Below, piece by piece: positions 23,567 to 33,556 of a stretch of 64,000 bases of DNA (position 1 is its first letter; each line of letters starts with the position of its first letter). The stretch is taken from assembly GCF_024521635.1 (NCBI RefSeq), contig NW_026250421.1, forward strand, positions 496,001 to 560,000. The letters run 5' to 3'. Made by a program: the position numbers and the translations under genes. This stretch comes from Tricharina praecox. Taxonomy: Eukaryota. The notes beneath the pieces are model-generated. The model saw only the letters and a list, made by a program, of their open reading frames with translations. It did no database searches and had not been told where the DNA came from.

Positions 23567-24013
23567 ATGGCCAACACTCTCGCGATTTTGGTTAAGCTAA
23601 TGAGCAGGGTATGCCAATATTGCAGCAAGGCCGTCCTCCACTTTCTCACCACCACAGATGTGGGCCGGCGGGTGCCTCCTCTCGGGGTAGAGCAACAAGA
23701 ATTTCCGAGCCAGACCTGTGACTTAGCAGCGGCAGCGGCGGATCCCACCTACCCCATAGCAGGAGACGAGAGGGAAGGAGCAAGAGCGACGGCAGCGGAG
23801 AGAGTAGTGGCAGCGGAAGAGAGGCGACAGGCTGGGGAACATCTTTTCCTCCCCACCCCCCCAAACCTCGCACCGCCGGCACCAGACACCCCAACCCCAA
23901 CCCCAACTCGGGCCCCGGGCAGAGTGATAGACTGGGACGTGGTGAGAGCAAGAGCGGAGGAAAGAGTACGGGCTAGTCGGCCGGAGATTCCGGCATACCT
24001 ACGCCGGAAGTGA
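23567..24013 (+). CDS. Putative orphan protein, 148 aa
   Basis: Open frame with ATG in AACATGG context, a C/A-rich leader and an upstream TAATAAAAG. No recognisable domain. Confidence 0.4.
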   Translation: MANTLAILVKLMSRVCQYCSKAVLHFLTTTDVGRRVPPLGVEQQEFPSQTCDLAAAAADPTYPIAGDEREGARATAAERVVAAEERRQAGEHLFLPTPPNLAPPAPDTPTPTPTRAPGRVIDWDVVRARAEERVRASRPEIPAYLRRK

Positions 24014-24437
24014 TGGGGCGTTAGACAGGCTGGAGGAGTTGGCTTGAGAGCTTTGAGGTCGGATTTTGAGAAAGACTGACGCTTTCCCTTTCTGTTCCAT
24101 TTTGTCATCTCATTTGTTCTTCTTTGTTTCTATCTTTCCCTTTGTTATGCGCGGATGGGCCGAGCGGGGGACAATAGGGAACCCACATCGAGCTCGCGGC
24201 CAGCGGTCGGAGACAGTGGGGCGGAACAGGACGTGTATACAGCAATGATCTCCTCAGGTCGAATGCTACGATGATGAAATAAAAAAAACGAGCAGGGTAT
24301 GGACATAAACAAGTGCTTTCGTGACTCTTCATCCGTACTAACATACCCCACAACGTGAGTAAAGAGAAACACCACACCCTCAACGCGATCATCCGCAGGG
24401 CATTAGATCGTGCGGGCATGAGTGGTGTACTCTAACC

Positions 24438-24643
24438 GTGGGCATAATCGTCACGGACAGGGCCGCAAGAGCCGACGGAGAGCTGACCGTCAAGGCAGGC
24501 CAAATCGTCGAGATCATCGATGTAACCGATGCTGTCATGGTCAGAGACTCAAAGTACACGTTATGGCAGCAGAACGTAGTATCGGTAATGTCCCCAAGAC
24601 AAACATCTACGTGCCTCGAAGGGTGAATCTTGGCGCTCGGTAG
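24438..24643 (+). pseudogene. Frameshifted SH3-like domain fragment
   Basis: VTDRAARADGELTVKAGQIVEIID in one frame and SIGNVPKTNI in the adjacent frame match the two halves of the SH3 consensus. Confidence 0.45.
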
Positions 24644-25007
24644 CTATCAGCTACATAGGTAAGGAGTGCCGGAAATGAAAGACGTTGGGCAATGGGAATC
24701 TCCCGGTTTCAAGCTATAGATACCGAAATCATGCGTGACTTCGCAGATAACTAGTTACCTACGTCGAATGCCGAGTGAATCACTGAAGTTCGTCTCCGAT
24801 ATCTACTCCCAATCGGCATCTTTGCGTTCGTCAACTCGGGCCGCCGCTCGGTAACCGGTTGACCTGCAATCCTGAGCATTCGAGATGAGCTAGAAGAAAG
24901 CACCCTCTACCTACCTATGTATGGGGCAAGCAATTCCAGACAGAAGCTTCTAGCAAAATTTGACAGGGCTATATGCTCTAAACGCCCTTACTTTGGTTTT
25001 GTTCTCC

Positions 25008-25206
25008 TACCCCCGGCATTGCATCGAGAGTGGGATCCCGACTCCCGAGGATTGTTTCATGCACCTACATACCTACGTCGAGTACCGTAGAGTAGGTACA
25101 TACGACTCAAAAGCATGCCCGTGACGTCGGGCGGTCGGTCACAAGAATCGGCCTGTGCCGACGGAGATGTGATCGATCGGGAAGGACTGCCGACGGCTTT
25201 GAATCG
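25008..25206 (+). repeat. Diverged direct repeat, copy 1
   Basis: Shares ordered blocks TACCCCCGGCAT, GGATCCCGACT, TCGAGTAyCGTAGAGTA, CTCAAAAGCrTGCCCGT, AGATGTGATCG, TTTGAATC with copy 2. Confidence 0.8.
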
Positions 25207-25538
25207 ACTGCGAGAAGACACCTTGGTCCTTGGATTTCGGTAGTCAATCTTACTTTACTACCAGGTAGAGTATATAGTACACCTTGAGGCTTGATCACTG
25301 TTGCACGCAGCAGGCTATGAAGGGGGAGCCACCTATCTCTGGAAGTATGACTCTCCGTTCCTGAGAAAACCATTGATAGTAGGTTGGGCGGCAGATGCTG
25401 ATCCTACGATAGCTACATAGTATCTGGTATGTACATGACTGGAGTGCGTCGCGACGAGCTCGAAGGGGTACAAAGTCATTGGGGATGCAGTTATTTGCGA
25501 TGAAATTTGAAAGTAAAAAAAAAAGGACTCCCTCAACA

Positions 25539-26009
25539 TCACATCTCCTCATCCGCACCTTCCCCCCAGTCCTCCCAGTCCTCATCGTCTCCCTCCTCCT
25601 CATCGTCCTCCCCATCCGTATCCCACTCCCAGTCCTCCTGGTCCACTCCACCTCACCCCTCCTCCTCGTCCGTATCCTCCTCATCCTCCCAGTCCCAGTC
25701 CTCCTGGTCCTCTCCCCCTCCCTCCTCGTCCATCCCCATCCCGTCCTCCTCCTAGTCCTCCTCCTCGTCCTCCCACTCGTCCTCTTCCTCGATCTCAATC
25801 ACCACCTTCTCGGCGCCTCTCTTCTCGTCGGTACCAACCTCCATTTGCTCGGCGGTGTCGGCGGTGGTGGTGGCGTCGGCTTCGGCGGTGGTGGTGGCAA
25901 CGGCTTCTTCCTCGACCGTAGAATTGACGGTGAGGAATTTACCCCATAAAATCGAGGTCTGGAGGGTCTCGTAGCGAATGATGATAATGTCGTGCATGGT
26001 GTTTGACAT
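25539..26009 (-). pseudogene. Acidic Glu/Asp/Trp-rich orphan ORF interrupted by in-frame TAG (25752-25754) and TGA (25653-25655)
   Basis: An 85-aa ORF ends ...EWEDEEED*, but the same frame continues with the same composition: EEDGMGMDEEGGGEDQEDWDWEDEEDTDEEEG*GGVDQEDWEWDTDGEDDEEEGDDEDWEDWGEGADEEM*. Confidence 0.6.
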
Positions 26010-26434
26010 TGGGTGAATGGTGGGATAGGGTTTGATTGGTTTTATTTGGGACTTTCAGGGAGAGGTTTGTCGTGCGGTTGGTGGTGTGGGAGGAAGAAGG
26101 GGGAGGAAGAAGGATAGAGGAGAGAGAGGAGAGGGCCGACAAGGTGCTTGGAACTCAATCGCCGTTGAGAGTCGTGATTGAGGCTTGTCGCTGCCGTCGA
26201 GGCGTATGAAGTCACTCGTGTAGAGAGTGATTTCATATGAAGCGCTGCGTGAGAACCATGCAATCTAGATTCCATAATCCTCGATGAAATTTGGTATGTA
26301 GCGATTTTACGCAACGAGATCACCAACCCCATATCTCTAAAGCTTTTCTGTTTAGTCAGTACTTGCTTGCGACTTATCTACCAACCTAGGTAGATCATGG
26401 CAATGTGGCAGCTTGTGCAGTTCTCCGATGTAGA

Positions 26435-26609
26435 TACCCCCGGCATCGAAAATAGGATCCCGACTACAGAGTATTTCAAATTATGTCAGGTACATACATA
26501 CATCGAGTATCGTAGAGTACGTACGGCTCAAAAGCGTGCCCGTCGGACGGAACACAAATAGCATCGCGCTGTGTCGACGAAGATGTGATCGTGAAGGAGT
26601 TTTTGAATC
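26435..26609 (+). repeat. Diverged direct repeat, copy 2
   Basis: Colinear similarity to 25008-25206. Confidence 0.8.
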
Positions 26610-29600
26610 ATACTCGCATCTAGCCAATATACATTATGGCGGCGTGCATTTTGCACACTTTCTCGTCCTCAGGCGGTCCTTCCGGATATCTTACACCCTC
26701 CGATCTCGATAACCTCGTGGGTTCGGACCGATTGATATCCCATGTCTCGCCCCCCCTCCACCTTTTCCTGACCCGCGCCCATCTGCTTTCTGTTGGCGAT
26801 AACTAGCAGCAACTGTGAGAGCCCAACTACTATCTTGGTACTCTCGTTGTTGCCCACTACTCTACTCTTGTGCCCTCGCACCGTCTAGTTGGAGTAGTTC
26901 TTCTTCCCATCCCATAACATAGTACACAACACAACAAAAATCCTCAGTCGCCACGATCAACTTCCAACACTTTCCTCTAGACACTTAAGTATCTACCCGG
27001 TAGATCCGGCCATGTGGAGCTCGACGGCGGGTGTCTGACGTCTAGGGGGTTCGGAAATCCATCCATCCGCACATCTTCATATTGCTGCACCCGAGGGTCG
27101 CCGATGAGCTCTAGTCGGACACCCGGCTCCAGCGGCTCAGAGCGACAACAATGGCGTCGGACCATGCCTTTCACGCATTACCATCCGGCGGGAAGGAAAC
27201 CCTCGGTACTTGTGTACAACTTGCCGTCTCCGAGGCAGAAGTTATCATCGCTGTTGCCTATTGTATCTCCGCGTCCCGTATCGCTTCCGTGGGGCCACTG
27301 CTCGAGCCGTCCGGAAGAAGGTACGAACTTTTTCAATCGTGGAAGAGATACCCACGAACTTCCGAGCCTGTAAATCATCATGAAATACTTAGAAAACTAC
27401 CGGTAGAGAAGGACATACATGTCTGAATAGGTATTACGATCGATTGTCAGAGGACTTGGGCCGAAAAGGTTATCCAAGATGGTGAACGGTTTTGCCGTAA
27501 CATAGCAGTCAACTGGAAGCGACGGATGAGAGACACGAGGATAAGATGAAGGATGAGAACATAGGTACTATCGAGCAGTCATAGGTATCGGGCAGTCAAA
27601 TGAGAGAATAGCGGATAAGGATTGAAGGAAGCTACGATTGTTATTATGTAGACAGAGAGGTATGTGAGATGGAAATCGAAGTTTCTAAAGTGACCTCAGG
27701 CTCGTAATAATCTATAGTAATAGTCACCACATTGTGGCTTCGATCAAAACTGTTTATGAAGTATAATTACGAGTGAGAGGCAGTGAAGGTCTGTATAGTA
27801 TCATGGCGAATCGCGAGTTGCGCCGGAGTGTGTATCTAGAACCTATTCTGTGCCACAAGCACCACACAGATCTAAAAGTTCTTAGAAAACATCAACAGTG
27901 CGGCTACAACCCTCCAATAAAGACCTTTCAATATCAGCTGATTTTCAGAGGCTTTCCAGTTGCTTAGGTAATTCCTCAGAGGTTTCGAAGCACTGCTGTT
28001 GTGGTGAAAGTCGACTTTAATATCTAGGGATTGTAAGGTGAGCTTGAAGACGGGGCGCAAAGATCTCTCACAGCACTTGTGCCGGCCGAGTCCGATCATT
28101 GCCCGGATTACCCCAGATCGATTGCAATTTGCTCTCGACATTGACGACTGTCTCCAGCTTTAGGATGGGACAGTTCACATCGATCCATTAACCGTGGTTT
28201 CTCTATGTATACACATGTGTCGCTTTATCGGTCGTACTGAACTATGCATACTACTGCTCAGCCTTGCTCCAGCGGAAGCGGAAGTCGGACCACGTGGGTC
28301 ACGACACGAGTGGAAACGTGTGAGAATGAGCGACCAGCGTGAGGACGGCCGCCCACTTCCCGCGCCCTCCGCCTGACCTGGGTAACCGCGGATCACAGGA
28401 TGAATTGAAAGACGCGCCGACAAGTCTTCTACTTCCGCTCCTCCTCGTCTTCCGCTGCCTATGTATGTAAGAAGCCCCACGCACCAAACCAAACTTAAAG
28501 TTGCGCACGAACCCCGCGAGTGATATGGATGTCATCCTACGATACTCTATTCATAACGGCACCCACCCGGCGGCCATTTACCTAGGTACCATGTAGATAC
28601 TATTATTATACCATACCATCATTCTATCTCAAATCCAACTGTGAAAACAACGTAAACCAAATCCCTTCCAGAACCCTCGTCCGCGTTGCCTACTGAGAGA
28701 GCTGCCAACTTACCAGAGAGGAGTCGGAAGGACCAATCTATTCAAATTAATGCCATTGCCTTGGCCCATACGTGAGTCCCAGCCGGCTAAATACCACAAG
28801 CCTACCCACTCAGAGTACCTGGTTAGGTGGAACTGTGGAACTGTGGAACTGTGATGGGTATCTAATGTTTTTTTTTGCCTACCGAACCAACGAACGCTGA
28901 AGTCGTTACTCTGCTCGGGGCCTCAAAAGTGCCCCCACTCCCCACTAACCTAGATTCTCTAGATACCCATGCCACAATCAATCAAGCAATCAAACCTCCC
29001 TCATATTGTATTGTACTCTACAATACAATACAGTCAATACCTTCTGTCCCAAGTCAGCCGCACATTACCAATAAACACCAATACTCAGCCGCCACTCCCT
29101 CCCCCCCCAGTGCCCACTCCCATCCGAAACGGCACCATTCCCGGCGATCGGTTGTTGTTGGAGGAGAAGAAGAAGAAGCAAAAACACAAACCACGGCAGC
29201 GTTAATTTTACGGCAGGTACTCCCGCGCTGTGCCACTGCCACCGTCAGCGGCATGGATTCGGCAGGGAGTCGGCAGGGTTTTCGCGCGTGCCGCTGACAG
29301 CGCTTTGGTCTCTTCTCTTCTCTTCTCTTTCAAGACTCAGTCTGGTCTGGTATGGTATTTTCGCTGCATTTGGGTTGTTCGTGGAATCTGTAGAATATGT
29401 AGAGTATGTACCGACGGTATGCATTTGCACGAGGTTGGGTTCGGAATGAGTGCGCGCGCAAGTTTGTGGATCCTCGTAGGGCAGATTAGTGGGTGGGACA
29501 AAGCGTAAGGCGACAAGGCGACGGTTGGTTGGTGCAGGGGACCGAGCGAGCCAGTGACATGTTTGCCCGAAGCTTGAGCTCCGTCTTGTCGGTACTTAGA

Positions 29601-29799
29601 TCTATGATAGTATCTGGATACGGGGGTTTCGGGAATGGATGGTTTGGTTATTTGTTTACGGTGATATCAAGAGTCACTTCACAAATCATGGGCACCGTTT
29701 TTAGACAACATTAACAATTACTATTTCCACCGCCAGATCAGAGAGCCATCTATCTACATTCCTCATAACACAAAAATACGCTGGAGCACCAGTAGATAT

Positions 29800-30357
29800 C
29801 TAAGCGAGCATCATACCAGCAGCGACAACACCGAGCACGGTGAGCATGCCGGGGAGGACATGGCCAGCGCTGCCCTCAGGAACAGCCGAGGGGACGGCCG
29901 AGCCGGAAGGCTTGGGGTTGCCAGTGGAGTTGCCGGAGGCGGAAGGCGCGGCGGAGACTGAGGCGACGTATGAAGGGGTGATGTAGGAGGGGTGGAAAGT
30001 GGTGGGGACGGGGGTGGCGACGAGCGCGGAGGTGTCGACGGGGGTCTCCTCGGGGGCGTAGGTGCTGGCCACGGGGGTCTCCTCGGGAGCGTAGGTGACG
30101 GGAGTGGTCTCGACGGTGTAGGACGACACGACGGGGGTCTCGACGGGGTAGACGACGCTGCTGGTGGTCACCTCGGGGGCGTAGGTGGCGACGGGGGTCT
30201 CCTCGACGACGGGGTAGGCGACCGCGGTGGTCGGCTCGACGTAGCCGGGGCAGCCGATCACGGTGGTCTTGATGGGAGCGCGTCCACCGCCGCAGTCGAG
30301 GTAGGCGAGGGCAGGCGTGGCCGCGATGACCGCAAGGATGACGTGGGAGAACTGCAT
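29800..30357 (-). CDS. Ser/Thr/Pro-rich secreted, probably GPI-anchored cell wall protein, 185 aa
   Basis: Signal peptide MQFSHVILAVIAATPALA, an LDCGGGRAPIKTTVIGCPGY motif, (Y-x-x-EETPV) repeats, and an omega-like EGSA followed by the hydrophobic tail VLPGMLTVLGVVAAGMMLA. Confidence 0.88.
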   Translation of the reverse strand: MQFSHVILAVIAATPALAYLDCGGGRAPIKTTVIGCPGYVEPTTAVAYPVVEETPVATYAPEVTTSSVVYPVETPVVSSYTVETTPVTYAPEETPVASTYAPEETPVDTSALVATPVPTTFHPSYITPSYVASVSAAPSASGNSTGNPKPSGSAVPSAVPEGSAGHVLPGMLTVLGVVAAGMMLA

Positions 30358-30535
30358 TTTGATTGTTGTTGTTTTGGGGGGAGGTTTTGTTTTTGTTTTG
30401 TGTTTGGTATTTGCGTTGAGCGAGTGGACGACGGTGAAGTCTGAAGTTGAAGGTTGGAAAGAATGAGTGGCTTGTGTGAACGAGTGACGACGAGCTTGAA
30501 GAACCAACAAAACTTTTCCGGCGGAAGTGCCTGGA

Positions 30536-30542
30536 TTTTATA
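30536..30542 (-). promoter_or_regulatory. Candidate TATA box of the GPI-protein gene
   Basis: TATAAAA on the minus strand about 180 nt upstream of the ATG. Confidence 0.5.
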
Positions 30543-32542
30543 TCCAGTTCCCCCCCTCGTCCCCCACCCGCATAGGAAAGGGGAAATGCATCAGTCATCG
30601 GTTATTCTGATCTCCTTCATCCCTCCCCTCGTGATATCTGCAACCGCCACACACGGTAGGATGCCGGGGGGTGGGCACCGAGTACGGTGGTTGGTACAAG
30701 CAATTGCAGCACTTTATTAGACTGACATTTCGACAACACGATTGGCAGAGATTTTCGGTGATTAGGCCCGAATGGGATCCGTAACATGGGAGGATGCCTC
30801 AAGTTTGACGGGCTAATGTGCTTTAGTTGGTTTCCCCTGAATATGTGGCGATCTTCTGGGGGGCGAAAAAGGCTTGCTAGGATCGATATCCGCCCGGCGC
30901 CGTGCGTGTGGGTGTGTTTACTAATAAACACCCCCCTCTAGCGATGCAGCACTAGAAGGAGCAAAGGCCGACCGGACTGCTGAAGTGTATTATGCTTCGG
31001 TTGCGGATACCCGTGCTTACTCGCCGTAGGACCGTAGAGTCACCGGTGAGCTTCCGGAGTACTACTCTAACGGTAGTTATCTTCACGATGGAAGCGGAGC
31101 ACGAGGGCTATCAGGAGAACCGCTCGTTCCTAGAGTTGATGTAGGGTAGAGCATCAATTCATGATAAACAAAATAGCAACAGCTTCCGCTTGGAGCGTTA
31201 GTCCCAGTTTATCCCGGCAAGAACCCAAGTCCAACAACCAGGCAGGGCATGCCTGTTTCACCCGCAATTCCCTCTTTCTGGCCCGGATCTTGGCCTCTCT
31301 GCTGCCTGTGTAGAGATGTAGCGAGGAGGCGTCAAGGTCTCTGTGCGAGGATGCCGTTTGCGGTTCCGAGATGGGCGAACGAGGAAGGAGGAGGAGCGGA
31401 CAGGAGATGACTCTTCATATAGTCGTCGTTTGGAGGGGAATTGTGGACTGGGCCCGACGGGGTGCCGATACATATCCTATACAATCGAAATACGGAAGGA
31501 CTGGCTCGTGTTGCACGTCGAGAATATTGAGAATGCCGTGCGCAAATTCCAGGAGCCGTTGGTCGCTGTTCCTCTAACAAAGGCACCGTGTCGTAGCATA
31601 GGGCGAGGTATCGCTATCCCGCCCCAGACGGGCCGCTTCCCGGGCCAGGCCCGTTCGCGATCGACCTTGGACACCGAATAGTCCGCCATCATTCCTCGGA
31701 CCCAATCTAAGGTCCCAAGCCTCTCTCCCTCCCATCATCCAACCCGAGCCTCTCCCTCCCTCCCAACTGCTATCAACCTCCGCATCCGCCCTCTTTCCCA
31801 CCGTCTCCCCCGCTCACTTGCCCATCAGCGCAGAGTGATTCCCCATGACTCCCCCATGACTCCTCCAACCATCCATCCATCCAGCGTCCAGCGGGGGGCC
31901 CTCGCCAACACCAACACCAACGCAGTCGATTCCGTCCTCAATCTCGATTCCGCACATAAACATCTGCGCGCTGATGTAGGTATGTAGGTAGAGTAGGTAG
32001 AGTGTGTATCTCCGCTCCCCAGAAATCGAAATCGAAGATCTTCCTGTGTCTGCGCGCGTGCGGTTGTCTATGTATGTATGTCGTGTGTCGTGTGTGTCGT
32101 GTGTGGGGGGAGAGAGGAGGAAGGAGAGAAACACCACGTCACTCGCGATGCGCACAGTCACTATATTTCTCATGTATGTAGGTAAATATGGGATGTATGT
32201 ACAATAAATACGCCGGTTCAGTCTGGCGATGACAACGGCGACGACAACGACACCGGCAGCGACAACGGCAACGACGACAACGACAACGACACAGCGAACA
32301 ACAGCCAACAGTCAACAGCCAACGCCATCACATCACGGCAGGAATAATCTGGTTGGTACCGCTCCATGCGATGGATGAAATGGACTGCAGTCAGAAAAAA
32401 ACTTTTTTTCTCCTCTTCGGCGGTTTGCTTCATTGGTATTGGTGCTTTTCCGTGCGCCGGTCGTCGTTGGACCGAAGGGAAGGGAACAGACGTACGGTAT
32501 ATTGATTTGCATCGGCAGCGGTGATTTATCTTCACGGGCTAC

Positions 32543-33556
32543 TACTCGTGCCAAGGTGGTTAACACCACCCCGGGTCGCTCGTAAGCTCGCAACCCAGGG
32601 CACTGCTACGGAGTGCCTGACATGTCAAGCAGGTATGATACGTGTATCATTTCTTCCCTCGTCCGCCGCAATCAACCCCCCCCCCCCTTTCACCACCACA
32701 ACCACAACTAAATAATGCCACCAAAGCGGGAGCTGGAAGTGGAGATCTATAAGTCCATTGAGACTCAGATTCAAAAGGCTATCAACGTTGTGGGGGCAAA
32801 AACAATCAATTATTTACACGAGCCCACTCGCGAGCACCCCGCTCAAGAGCACCCCGCTCCCCCTTTTCACCACCACAACCACAATTATTTAATTCTATCA
32901 AAGCAGGAACTTGAATTAGAGCTCTGTGAGTCTATTAGGACTCAGATTCAAGAGGCTATCGACATTGTGGAGGAGAGAGGAGAGGAAAAACAAAACCTCC
33001 TGCTGCTGCTGCTCGGGAGTTCGAACTTCCACCACAAAGACTACGAGCGAGATGGAACGGTCAACAATCGAAGAGTGACCGGACAGGAAGTAATAAAAAG
33101 CTTTCAGGAGATCAAGAACTTACAGTTTGCCTCTATCTAGATCTCTTAGTACGATTAGGAAGTGCGCTCGCAAGAAGATGGTTACGAGCTGTGCGAATTT
33201 GATCCTCGCGCGTGCAAATGACTAAGCGCAAGCGAAGAAGCCCGCTGGTGCTGGTGTGCGCGCTGCTCGCGAGAGGGCTCGTGTAAATAATTGATTGTTT
33301 TTGCCCCCACAACGTTGATAGCCTTTTGAATCTGAGTCTCAATGGACTTATAGATCTCAACTTCCAGCTCCCGCTTTGGTGGCATTATTTAGTTGTGGTT
33401 GTGGTGGTGAAAGGGGGGGGGGGTTGATTGCGGCGGACGAGGGAAGAAATGGTACACGTGTCATACCTGCTTGACATGTCAGGCACTCCGTAGCAGTGCC
33501 CTGGGTTGCGAGCTTACGAGCGATCCGGGGTGGTGTTAACCACCTTGGCACGAGTA
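32543..33556. mobile_element. Non-autonomous foldback derivative of a pogo/Fot1 (Tc1/mariner superfamily) DNA transposon with about 293-bp inverted arms
   Basis: Arms 32543-32836 and 33264-33556 are near-identical reverse complements. The ends read TA|CTCGTGCCAAGG...CCTTGGCACGAG|TA, consistent with a TA target duplication. A transposase fragment lies inside. Confidence 0.9.
32892..33215 (+). pseudogene. Frameshifted N-terminal fragment of a pogo/Fot1 transposase (psq-like HTH + CENP-B-type HTH)
   Basis: Stitched frames give TQIQEAIDIVEE... / AAAAREFELPPQRLRARWNGQQSKSDRTGSNKKLSGDQELTVCLYLDLL / ARKKMVTSCANLILARA, typical of fungal pogo transposase N-termini. No DDE domain is present. Confidence 0.8.

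Noticed and set aside
25295..25949. Arg-rich, Leu/Val-rich and Ser-rich ORFs over the acidic repeat
   Set aside because: Alternative-frame and antisense shadows of the GAG/GAC-rich sequence.
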